Positions 1-8,914 of a DNA stretch of 64,000 bases are shown here, piece after piece. Numbering within the stretch: the first letter of the stretch is position 1; every line of letters begins with the position of its first letter. Origin of the DNA: Euryarchaeota archaeon UBA439 (lineage in GTDB: Archaea; Thermoplasmatota; Poseidoniia; Poseidoniales; Thalassarchaeaceae). A model generated the notes under the pieces. The model searched no databases and had not been told where the DNA came from. It was given only the letters and a program-made list of their open reading frames with translations. Where the stretch lies: NCBI GenBank assembly GCA_002497245.1, contig DANB01000011.1, positions 60,612 through 124,611 on the forward strand, read 5' to 3'. Both the position numbers and the translations under genes were made by a program.

Positions 1-822
1 ATTTAAGTGAGCAGTTGCATCTTCATCAGACTGACCTCCGGAAAGAAAAACAATACCTGGAAGGTTATGTGGGACATTTTTTGTCAAGCAATCAACTGTC
101 ATTTCAGCTACTTCTGAGCGAGTTATTTGTTCGGAACAAGAAGTACCTGCAATTATCATATTTGGCTTAAGTAAAGCGCCGGGAATATGAACTCCTTGAA
201 TCCGGCACTCTTCGAAAGTGGCAGACAAAATCGATGATGTTATATCGTAACAAGTCTGAGCATCATGATCTCCTGCCATAATTACTTCTGGCTCAATAAT
301 TGGGACCAATCCTTGCTCTTGACATATTGAAGCATACCTAGCTAATGCATGGGCATTTGTTGAAATACACGCTGTTGATGGTTTGCCATCTCCGATTTCG
401 ATTACTGCTCGCCATTTAGCAAACCTTGCACCCATTGAAAAATACTCTTCGCACCTATCTCTTAATCCGTCAAGCCCTTCAGTGATCTTTTCGCCTGCAT
501 GATTTGCTAAATCTTTAGCTCCTGTATCTACCTTAATACCCGGATATACGCCTAAAGAAGTCAAAGCATCAGGGATATTCCTACCATCTGGCATTTTCTG
601 TCTTATAGTTTCATCAAACAATATAACTCCACTGATGTATTTTTCGTAACCATTTGTTGAAAAAAGATTTGCTCTATAGGCATTTCTTGTATCTGGTGAA
701 GCAGAAACTCCTACTGCCTCAAGTCTATTTGACATAGTTCCATTACTTTCATCCGCAGCAAGAATTCCTTTACCTGCCGCAACTAGTTCACGTGCTGTTT
801 TTTCAAGTAGTTGAGTATCCAT
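1..822 (-). CDS. fba: Class I fructose-bisphosphate aldolase (glycolytic, eukaryote-type family), 3' end beyond window
   Basis: Not in ORF track. Manual translation from ATG at 822: MDTQLLEKTARELVAAGKGILAADESNGTM; later GIKVDTG, AKWR, PIIEPEV, LLKPNM and FLSGGQS motifs. Confidence 0.93.
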   Translation of the reverse strand, partial: MDTQLLEKTARELVAAGKGILAADESNGTMSNRLEAVGVSASPDTRNAYRANLFSTNGYEKYISGVILFDETIRQKMPDGRNIPDALTSLGVYPGIKVDTGAKDLANHAGEKITEGLDGLRDRCEEYFSMGARFAKWRAVIEIGDGKPSTACISTNAHALARYASICQEQGLVPIIEPEVIMAGDHDAQTCYDITSSILSATFEECRIQGVHIPGALLKPNMIIAGTSCSEQITRSEVAEMTVDCLTKNVPHNLPGIVFLSGGQSDEDATAHLN

Positions 823-889
823 ATACTAACCTCAAGCCAACGTGAAGGCTATAGGAAATGAAGGCATCGCTTAAGCATTCCAGAAACAA

Positions 890-1840
890 TCAACTATCGT
901 GAGAACCTTGGACAAATTTATGAATTCCATTTGACACATCAATAACTTCCGATTCAACATAATATTTTCCATTTTCTAGAGTTACTCCTTTTGTACGTCC
1001 TGAACAAACTCCGGTTCCTATAAACAATGCATCATCAGATGAACATAAGTCATCTCTATCCCACAATCTTTCAATGTCTCCATCAATCATTTCCTCGGCC
1101 CTAGACCTATGTCCTTCATTTTTGAAAACCAAACGCCCCTGGAAAGGTGCATTCATACCTCTTAAAGCAGTGGCAGTAATTACTCCCTCGGGTGCAGCTC
1201 CAATACCCATCAACAAATCAATTTCTGATTTAGGGTCTGCAGCATTCAAAGCAGCAGCGATATCACCATCACCAATTAAAACAACATTGACAGATAAATC
1301 ATTCAATTCCTTAATTAATTTTTTATGACGTGGACGATCCATGACAACAACATTTAGAGAATTAATAGGTTTATCTAAAGCATTTGAAGTGGCCTCAATA
1401 TTATAAGAAGTTGAGGCATCTAGGGAAATCTCTCCCATTAACTCTGCAGAACCTGAGATTTTATTCATGTAGCAATCAGGTGCATGTAATAGAGCCCCTC
1501 TTGGTGCTGCTGCCAGTACTGCCATAGCATTAGGTAAATTGTAAGCCACATGATTAGTACATTCCAGCGGATCTACTGCAATATCAATTGCAGGTGAATT
1601 AGCATCTCCCTGTAATGAACCCAAGGGTTCACCAATCCACAACATTGGAGCATCGTCCCTCTCTCCTTCTCCAATTGCAACACGTCCATCAAATGGCACA
1701 GTATCAAATACTGCTCTCATAGCTTCTACCGCAGCACCATCGGCCGCTTTACCATCTCCCTTACCTATCCATTTTGATGCAGCAATTGCAGCCGATTCAG
1801 TGGCTTGAAGAAAGTATTTCTCTAATTCGGCTGTTGTCAT
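890..1840 (-). CDS. glpX: Class II fructose-1,6-bisphosphatase (GlpX)
   Basis: ADGAAVEAMR, IGEGERDDAPML, DIAVDPLE, DRPRH, GDGD and GAAPEGV motifs. Confidence 0.93.
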   Translation of the reverse strand: MTTAELEKYFLQATESAAIAASKWIGKGDGKAADGAAVEAMRAVFDTVPFDGRVAIGEGERDDAPMLWIGEPLGSLQGDANSPAIDIAVDPLECTNHVAYNLPNAMAVLAAAPRGALLHAPDCYMNKISGSAELMGEISLDASTSYNIEATSNALDKPINSLNVVVMDRPRHKKLIKELNDLSVNVVLIGDGDIAAALNAADPKSEIDLLMGIGAAPEGVITATALRGMNAPFQGRLVFKNEGHRSRAEEMIDGDIERLWDRDDLCSSDDALFIGTGVCSGRTKGVTLENGKYYVESEVIDVSNGIHKFVQGSHDS

Positions 1841-1865
1841 ATCACTTCGGAGTAGTAATCAGCAT

Positions 1866-2360
1866 TCAATTATGTTGGTCTCCTTTGCTCTTTTTTATAA
1901 CTTGAACATTGGTGATTCTAGATTCTGGATATTGGCCATCTGAATCTTTCTCAATAGATTTCAACATATCCCATGCGCATAGTAATCCTGCATTAACTCC
2001 GCATAATGCTTCCATTTCAACTCCTGTCATCCAATGAGTTCGAACTGTAACCGTACATCTAAGATTAGAACCTTCAATATTCCATTCTACAGAGCAACCT
2101 TCAATTGGGATAATGTGACAGTGAGGTAAGATTCTTGGAGTTTCTTTTACCGCCTGAATTGATGCAATAGTTGAAATTTCTCTGACATCACCTTTTTTTG
2201 AACGTCCTTTAACTGCATTAATACCTGAAGATGACAATTCCAAAACTCCTGTAGCAATCGCCTCACGGAAAACTACATCTTTACTACCAACATCAACGAT
2301 AGCAGACCATGAATCTTTTAATTCATCGACGCTCATGTAATCTTCGGAGAGAGTACTCAT
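1866..2360 (-). CDS. moaC: Cyclic pyranopterin monophosphate synthase MoaC
   Basis: VDVGSK..REAIA, PHCH, TGVEMEAL and WDMLKS motifs. Confidence 0.88.
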   Translation of the reverse strand: MSTLSEDYMSVDELKDSWSAIVDVGSKDVVFREAIATGVLELSSSGINAVKGRSKKGDVREISTIASIQAVKETPRILPHCHIIPIEGCSVEWNIEGSNLRCTVTVRTHWMTGVEMEALCGVNAGLLCAWDMLKSIEKDSDGQYPESRITNVQVIKKSKGDQHN

Positions 2361-2396
2361 TATTCAGATAAACGGAAGTTAAATCTGAGATAAAAA

Positions 2397-2825
2397 TCAT
2401 CCAAGACCTTGTTTCCAAATTTCACCATCAGATCTTACTTCTTTTTTCCACAATGGTGCTTCTAATTTAAGTTGATTAATTAACCAAGAACAAGCTTCGA
2501 AGCCGGCCTCCCTATGTTTCGAGCCGACATGAATACAGACTATAGGCTCGGATGGTTCAACTATGCCAATTCTATGTGCAACTAAAACTGATTTGACGCT
2601 AAATTTATCTATAGAAGTTTTGGCAATATCTGAGAGAATATGATTTAATTTATTTTCCCAAGCATCAAATTCAAGTCTCTTGACTTTGATTCCATTATCG
2701 TCACCTCTTGTTAATCCTACAAATGAAACTACACTTCCACATCCTTCAATATTCAATAAAGAACGAAGAAAGTTTGGATCGAGTTGATCCTCTTCTATTC
2801 TAATGATTACTTCCTCTTTTGACAT
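2397..2825 (-). CDS. moaE: Molybdopterin synthase large subunit MoaE
   Basis: GSVVSFVGLTR, HRIG, SKHR and LKLEAPLWKKE motifs; start moved to MSKEE (2825). Confidence 0.9.
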   Translation of the reverse strand: MSKEEVIIRIEEDQLDPNFLRSLLNIEGCGSVVSFVGLTRGDDNGIKVKRLEFDAWENKLNHILSDIAKTSIDKFSVKSVLVAHRIGIVEPSEPIVCIHVGSKHREAGFEACSWLINQLKLEAPLWKKEVRSDGEIWKQGLG

Positions 2826-2927
2826 CTGAGTAACCCGCTTCTGAACGGTTCGAGTACAAATTATCGGATGAACTCTTTGATTGTAAATGACCAAACCTTT
2901 CAAACAATATACCTCATACGCAAATGC

Positions 2928-4151
2928 GTGAAGGAGAGGATTGACATCTTGGGGGCGGGTCTATCAGGCCTTGCTGCAGCGACAATACTCGCCAAGGCAG
3001 GTAAAGAAGTTCATGTTCACGAGATACGTAAAAATAGCGGTGCAAGATTTGATGGTGATTTTCAAGGAATTGAGAATTGGACAAGTGAAATTGACTTTTT
3101 TGATGAAATGAGAGACTGGGGGCTGGAACCAGAAGAATTCAAATCAAATGCATTTGATATAATTGATTTGATTCATCCCGATGATGTCATTACAAATCCA
3201 ATAACTAATGGTACAGCTTTTAGAGTTGTGGAGAGAGGAACAGACGAACATTGCATAGATCAAGGGTTCAAACGGATGGCAATTTCAGCCGGTGCAAAAA
3301 TTCACTATGGAGTTAAAGTTAGTCCTGATGACTGCGATATCGTAGCAGCAGGCCCAAAAGACTCTAGTGCACTTGCTTTCGGAGAAATCTTCCATACGGA
3401 TCATCCAAACCATGTAGCCTTCCAATTGAATGATAAATTGGCACCGGGCGCCTATTCATACCTGATAATAATTGATGGAGTAGGGCTGATTTGTACATGT
3501 TTATGGAGAAAACAAAAGAAATCAGGAAGATATCTTAATGAAACCATAGCTTGGTATGAGTCAAACTACGAATTGAATAGGATACCTATCAAAAGAGTTG
3601 GTGGGAAGGGGGATTTCAGTTTACCAAAAAAATATATTCATGAAGATAAGATATATGTTGGAGAAGCAGGAGGCTTGCAAGATTTCATGTGGGGTTTTGG
3701 TATGAGGTATGCAATTACTAGCGGAGTTCTAGCAGCACAATCGATTCTCAATCAATGTGACTATGAGGTTGAAGTAAGGAAGAGACTTGTTCCTTTGATC
3801 AAAATAAGTGCAATAAATAGATTCTTAATGAACAGAGTTGGAGATAGAGGATTTAAATTTATAGCAAAATATTGGATGAGAGATCAAGAAAAGAAGGGAG
3901 ATGGGTTGAGTTTTATGAAGTGGGTATATCAACCCGGCATTTTCAGAAAATCACTTTGGCCTCTTGTTAAATTGTCTATGTTGAGGAAAAAGAAATTGAA
4001 AGATGGGCGGATAGTTCATAGGATGCCATTTAGAGAATCTTTGAAGAGAGATTTATGGGAACCCAGCGATAAAGCTAACCATATAGCTGAACAATGGAAT
4101 GAAGTTAGAAAAGGCGGTGCAAACCTCTCATTCAGTGAATCTGATGCTTAA
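2928..4151 (+). CDS. FAD-dependent oxidoreductase, geranylgeranyl-reductase-like (COG0644)
   Basis: GAGLSG dinucleotide fold, APGAYSY, VGEAGG..D..WGFGM; probable GTG start at 2928. Confidence 0.75.
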   Translation: MKERIDILGAGLSGLAAATILAKAGKEVHVHEIRKNSGARFDGDFQGIENWTSEIDFFDEMRDWGLEPEEFKSNAFDIIDLIHPDDVITNPITNGTAFRVVERGTDEHCIDQGFKRMAISAGAKIHYGVKVSPDDCDIVAAGPKDSSALAFGEIFHTDHPNHVAFQLNDKLAPGAYSYLIIIDGVGLICTCLWRKQKKSGRYLNETIAWYESNYELNRIPIKRVGGKGDFSLPKKYIHEDKIYVGEAGGLQDFMWGFGMRYAITSGVLAAQSILNQCDYEVEVRKRLVPLIKISAINRFLMNRVGDRGFKFIAKYWMRDQEKKGDGLSFMKWVYQPGIFRKSLWPLVKLSMLRKKKLKDGRIVHRMPFRESLKRDLWEPSDKANHIAEQWNEVRKGGANLSFSESDA

Positions 4152-4207
4152 AATTAGCATTACTCTGATTCCGTTTCTTTCATTAACGAATTGTCTGTGC
4201 GACATAC

Positions 4208-5068
4208 ATGACTTCATGGCCAGACCTTGAGCCTATGCCCAACAAACTAGTGAATTATGGCGTTACTGAAAACGGCATAGCCATTATTGAACTGATATCA
4301 GACACTGATGGAAAACCTCTTGAAGAAGGTAGAACATCTGTTAATACTTATACTCGAGAAATGTGGGAAGACATAGATCAGGCAATTCTTAATGCAAGAT
4401 TTGACGGAGATGTCTCTGTAATATTATTAACAGGGCATGGCGAGAAATTTTTCTCAGCAGGAGCAAGTATAAACTATCTCAATACATTATCTCCGAGATA
4501 CAAATATTTCTTTTGCCTACATGCTAATGAAACACTATCTCGCCTTGAGCAAACTCCAAAATTAGTTATTGCTGCACTCAATGGACATACAGTTGGAGGC
4601 GGCCTAGAGATTGCTATGGCAGCAGATATTAGAATTGCTCACAAAGGTAATTTCCAAATTGGTCTACCAGAAGTTTCGCTGGGAGTCCTAGCTGGAACTG
4701 GAGGTACTGCAAGATTATCACGACTAGTTGGTAAAGCAAAAGCAATGGAAATAATGGTCACAGGAAGAAAATTCTCATTCGAAGAAGCTAGAGATATGAG
4801 TTTAGTTCATGACATATATGATAGTATCAGTTTAGATGAGTTTAGAATGGATGTATTGGATTATGCCGGACAATTTACTTTGCCTCTAGCAGCTGCTAAA
4901 GCTATTGGAAATATCAAACGTAGTGTACAAAGTGGTATTGAAATACCTCTTGAATACCATTTGGCATTAGAAAGAGAATTACAGTCAGATCTATTCCAAT
5001 CGGAAGATGCGAAAGAAGGAATAGCATCCTATGTTGAGCGTAGAACACCTAGGTTCAAAGGGAAATAA
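4208..5068 (+). CDS. Single-domain crotonase related to the N-terminal domain of BoxC (epoxybenzoyl-CoA dihydrolase)
   Basis: FSAGA, GGGLE, LPEV and LGVLAGTGG crotonase motifs, plus BoxC-like NTY..ARFD and KYFFCLHANET segments. Confidence 0.75.
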   Translation: MTSWPDLEPMPNKLVNYGVTENGIAIIELISDTDGKPLEEGRTSVNTYTREMWEDIDQAILNARFDGDVSVILLTGHGEKFFSAGASINYLNTLSPRYKYFFCLHANETLSRLEQTPKLVIAALNGHTVGGGLEIAMAADIRIAHKGNFQIGLPEVSLGVLAGTGGTARLSRLVGKAKAMEIMVTGRKFSFEEARDMSLVHDIYDSISLDEFRMDVLDYAGQFTLPLAAAKAIGNIKRSVQSGIEIPLEYHLALERELQSDLFQSEDAKEGIASYVERRTPRFKGK

Positions 5069-5122
5069 TATTCTGTGCCAAATGTACATTTATTCATATA
5101 CTAACATCGCTCCGGCAAATAT

Positions 5123-6265
5123 ATGTCAGGTAGCGAAATAGTAGAAGGATATACCCCGAACTTTGAGGCATGGATTAGAGACTTCAATGAATGGCAAACA
5201 AGAATTGGTTTTGACCCATCTTGGTTAGGAGATTACAGATTCGATATAAAATTTGACTGGGATACTGCCGGAGATTCTATTGAGTTTGGAGATTTCAAGG
5301 GTATGCCAAAGTGGGAAAGAAGGATGCAGATACCACAACAGAATATTAGAGATGCAATAATTAGCATGGTTAGTGTACAAGGAGATACAGAATTTGCGAG
5401 TGTAGAACAACAAAATCATCTTTTAGCTACTGCACCAACGGAATATGATAAAAAATCTGCATTAAGAATTATGTGTGAAGAACAGAGACATGGTTGGCAA
5501 ATGGCCTACCTATTATGCACTTATTTTGGTGAACAAGGAGTTAGAGAAGCAGCAAAACTACTGGAGAGAAATGCTCAAGATGGAACAAGAATTCTAGGTT
5601 CATTCAATGCCCCAATAGATCACTGGCTTGATTTCTTCTGTTTTACGCATTTTATAGATAGAGATGGGAAATATCAACTTAAGATGCTCAGCACATCTTC
5701 ATTCAAACCACTTGCAGCATCAATGGGGCCCATGCTTAAAGAAGAGTCATTCCATCTTGGAACTGGAGCAAATGGACTAAGAAGGATTGTTAAACAAGGA
5801 GTAATACCTTGTGAATTATTACAAAAATATTTGAATAAGTGGATTAGTACTGGTCTAGATTTGTTTGGTACTGACGATTCTACTAGTGCACAATGGGCTT
5901 ATGTTTATGGCGTTAAAGGAAGATATGATGAAAGAGAAAGTGATATTGAAGCAGATAGAGAGCACTTAAATGAAGCCAGTCGAGATTTATATTTCCAAGA
6001 ACTTCGTGAAGAGATGCGAAGGATTAGTGCTGCTAGGAAAGAAGGTGAGCCTGAACTTTTCATACCATCAGACAAATTTAATAGAGGAATAGGCAACTAT
6101 GCTGGAAAGAATTATACAATTAAGGGTGAAAAGTTCGAAGGTTCTGATGAAGAATATAAAGAATATCTAGTCAGCGTATTACCAACAGAAGAAGATGAAC
6201 ATAAACTGATGAATGATTACATGAAACAAGAATGGATCCAATATCGCGAATGGAAAGGTAAATGA
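5123..6265 (+). CDS. boxB: BoxB-like diiron aryl-CoA epoxidase (PaaA/BoxB ferritin-like family)
   Basis: QGDTEFASVEQQ, EEQRH, RILGSFN, DRDGKYQL, EESFH, LQKYLN and GVKGRY are colinear with BoxB; all diiron ligand motifs are present. Confidence 0.85.
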   Translation: MSGSEIVEGYTPNFEAWIRDFNEWQTRIGFDPSWLGDYRFDIKFDWDTAGDSIEFGDFKGMPKWERRMQIPQQNIRDAIISMVSVQGDTEFASVEQQNHLLATAPTEYDKKSALRIMCEEQRHGWQMAYLLCTYFGEQGVREAAKLLERNAQDGTRILGSFNAPIDHWLDFFCFTHFIDRDGKYQLKMLSTSSFKPLAASMGPMLKEESFHLGTGANGLRRIVKQGVIPCELLQKYLNKWISTGLDLFGTDDSTSAQWAYVYGVKGRYDERESDIEADREHLNEASRDLYFQELREEMRRISAARKEGEPELFIPSDKFNRGIGNYAGKNYTIKGEKFEGSDEEYKEYLVSVLPTEEDEHKLMNDYMKQEWIQYREWKGK

Positions 6266-6283
6266 TTGTTGGTTGGTGATTAT

Positions 6284-6844
6284 ATGCAACATGTAGCCTT
6301 ATTAGCCTTTGATAAACAAAAGTGTAAACCATTCTTTGATAGATTGACCGAATTATTCTATGAACATCATCATTCTGCAAAAGAAAATGCCGAAGAATAT
6401 GAGAAATTATTGTATATGGTGAAAAAACCATATGATAATAACATGTTAGATATGATTGATGAATGGATGGGGCTAGAAAAAAGGGAATGGCGAGAAGAAA
6501 CAACTAGGGAAGTAAAATTAGCACTATATGCAATTAGATATCCGGACACCCTTCTACTAGATAGCTTTACAGAAAACCCCAGATCTGATCTTAAAAGACT
6601 CTCAGCATACTTACATTTTACCCATCATACATATGCAATATGGGATGAAGATACTAGAAAAGGGCTAGAAAAAATTGGAATTAATATTCCTGAAACAGAA
6701 GTAGCTGACCCGTTCATCTATGGAGCATATGTAAGTGCGATAGAGTTATTGAAAGATGTTGCACCATTTACATGTTTCCTAGAACATGATGTACCAAGAC
6801 AAAGGCTATTTCAGTCGGCTCTAGCAGCATATGGAAGAGAATAG
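6284..6844 (+). CDS. Hypothetical protein, possibly HhH/DNA-glycosylase-like helical fold
   Basis: ORF directly after boxB; GGTGA SD just upstream of ATG 6284; SAYLHF..YAIWD motif. Confidence 0.6.
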   Translation: MQHVALLAFDKQKCKPFFDRLTELFYEHHHSAKENAEEYEKLLYMVKKPYDNNMLDMIDEWMGLEKREWREETTREVKLALYAIRYPDTLLLDSFTENPRSDLKRLSAYLHFTHHTYAIWDEDTRKGLEKIGINIPETEVADPFIYGAYVSAIELLKDVAPFTCFLEHDVPRQRLFQSALAAYGRE

Positions 6845-6876
6845 TGAGCAATACCTATTGACTATGCCCATTACGT

Positions 6877-7773
6877 ATGTGTATGCAAGTGCGCACTGTG
6901 GCAGTCATAGGGGCTGGGACAATGGGTTCTGGCATAGCTCAAGTTTGTGCACAAAGTGGGTTGCAAACCAAGATTTTTGATGCTTTTCCTGAAAGTTTGG
7001 ATAAAGGGATGGAAAGAATTTTTGCATTTTGGGATAAAGGCATAGAAAAAGGTAAAACAAGGAAAAATGAGAAAGAAGAGTGGAGTCTGAATTTAAAATC
7101 TTGTTATGAGATATCGGAGGCGCTAGAAAATGTTGACTTGGTTATAGAGGCAGTTCCAGAAATTATGGAATTGAAAAAGGAGATTTTTTTGAAAATTGAT
7201 AAATTAGCACCAAAGCATGCAATACTTGCCACCAATACTTCCAGTTTACCAATTTCAGAGATTGCAAATGTTACTAACTGTCCTGAAAGAGTAATTGGTA
7301 TGCATTTTTTTAATCCAGTACCTATAATGAAACTTCTCGAGTTAGTGAAACATGAGAAATGCTCTGAAGAAACTATCAAATTGGCTCAGTCAATAGGCCT
7401 AAAAATAGGTAAAGAAACAATCCTAGTCAACGATGTTCCAGGATTCGCGACTAGTCGATTAGGAGTAATTATCGGAAACGAAGCAATCAAGATGTTGTCT
7501 CAAGGAGTAGCATCTGCCAGCGATATCGATACTGCAATGAAGCTTGGATATAAGCATCCTATGGGGCCTTTGGAACTTTCAGACTTAGTAGGACTGGATG
7601 TAAGAAGAGATATCTTGAATAGTTTGGCAGAATCTTTCAATGATGAATCATATAGACCTCATCCATTGTTAAATAACTTGGTTTTAGAAGGCAGTTTAGG
7701 TAAAAAAACGAATAAAGGAATTTATATCTGGGATGAAAATGGCAAGAAAGAAAGGGATGACTTGCCAAGATAG
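6877..7773 (+). CDS. 3-hydroxyacyl-CoA dehydrogenase (PaaH/Hbd-like)
   Basis: GAGTMG, EAVPE, NTSS, GMHFFNP and PMGP..L.D.VGLD motifs. Confidence 0.92.
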   Translation: MCMQVRTVAVIGAGTMGSGIAQVCAQSGLQTKIFDAFPESLDKGMERIFAFWDKGIEKGKTRKNEKEEWSLNLKSCYEISEALENVDLVIEAVPEIMELKKEIFLKIDKLAPKHAILATNTSSLPISEIANVTNCPERVIGMHFFNPVPIMKLLELVKHEKCSEETIKLAQSIGLKIGKETILVNDVPGFATSRLGVIIGNEAIKMLSQGVASASDIDTAMKLGYKHPMGPLELSDLVGLDVRRDILNSLAESFNDESYRPHPLLNNLVLEGSLGKKTNKGIYIWDENGKKERDDLPR

Positions 7774-7781
7774 GTGTTCAA

Positions 7782-8051
7782 ATGGCTAGTCTTATTGTTG
7801 AATCGATAGGCATTATTGCTGGTACACTTGGAGTTGTTGCTTGGATACCTCAATTAGAGAAAGTTTGGAAGCAGAAAAAACATGAAGGAATCTCATTACC
7901 GACACTATACTTAATTTGTACTGCATTATTGTTATGGCTAATTTATGGTTTGATTATTGGCTCGATTTCTATAATTATCTCAAATCTTGCAGCTTTAGCA
8001 TGTATCTTGAGTTTGATGTACGGAGTTATTAACTTAAGAAGGATTGAGTAA
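7782..8051 (+). CDS. SemiSWEET/PQ-loop small membrane transporter
   Basis: 89 aa, three hydrophobic helices, WIPQ..K.W, GISL, WLIYG and conserved N. Confidence 0.8.
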   Translation: MASLIVESIGIIAGTLGVVAWIPQLEKVWKQKKHEGISLPTLYLICTALLLWLIYGLIIGSISIIISNLAALACILSLMYGVINLRRIE

Positions 8052-8057
8052 TAGAAT

Positions 8058-8846
8058 TCATTCTTCACCAAAAATCGGATTTCTCTTCTCTAAAAATGCA
8101 GAAACTCCTTCTGCAAAATCAGGAGTTAAAGATGAATTAGTGATTAGTAGTTTTTCGAACTCAAGTTGAGTTTCCATGAAAGTAGATGTTGAAGCATCGA
8201 TTAATTGTTTAGTAGATCTACGACTTGCTTCTGCCCAATTCCCCCATTTTTCTGCTACTTTAATTGCGCATTCTAGAAGTTGTTCAGATTCGACTAATTC
8301 GTCAACGGCACCATATTCTAATGCCTTTTCTCCACTCCATACTTCATTTTCAAAAAAGAATTTTTTTGTTCGTTGTGTTCCAACAAGTCTAGGGAGTAAC
8401 CACGTAGTGCCGCCATCAGGAGACAATCCTAGAGAGAAGAATGCTGCGGCTAATTTTGCTTCAGGGACACATATCCTATAATCAGCACACAAAGCTAAAC
8501 CCAAACCACCGCCTGCTGCGGAACCATTTATTGCTGCAACAAAGATTTTTTCAGAGGCACGAATTTTCAATTCCATAGGATGAAGGATTGACGTCAGACC
8601 ACCCACTAAATCAGAAATACTGCCGTCATCTATTGCGGAAGCAAATGAGTCTATGTCAGCTCCAGAACAGAAGAATTTCCCAGTTCCGGTCATTACTATT
8701 GATTTTATTGATGAGTCTTCAAGTAAGTTGTCTATAACATCTGACATTGATTTTATAGATTCCATATTTAATCCATTTCTTGATGTTTCTGCAGATAAAG
8801 TGACCAAAGCCACACTGTTAGGTAGATGTTCGACTGTAATAGTCAT
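8058..8846 (-). CDS. Enoyl-CoA hydratase/isomerase (PaaG-like)
   Basis: FCSGAD, NGSAAGGG, GLSPDGGTTWLLPRLVG and DFAEGVSAFLEKR motifs. Confidence 0.88.
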   Translation of the reverse strand: MTITVEHLPNSVALVTLSAETSRNGLNMESIKSMSDVIDNLLEDSSIKSIVMTGTGKFFCSGADIDSFASAIDDGSISDLVGGLTSILHPMELKIRASEKIFVAAINGSAAGGGLGLALCADYRICVPEAKLAAAFFSLGLSPDGGTTWLLPRLVGTQRTKKFFFENEVWSGEKALEYGAVDELVESEQLLECAIKVAEKWGNWAEASRRSTKQLIDASTSTFMETQLEFEKLLITNSSLTPDFAEGVSAFLEKRNPIFGEE

Positions 8847-8914
8847 GATTATCCGAGTAGGTATTCACTATTAGAATGCGTGAATATCTAAAGTAAGTAC
8901 TCCTCGCACTGTCC

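Noticed and set aside
6263..6283. The boxB TGA stop is followed in frame by the next ORF (possible readthrough or selenocysteine fusion)
   Set aside because: A GGTGA SD precedes ATG 6284, BoxB is already complete at this point, and I saw no SECIS-like element. An independent start is simpler.
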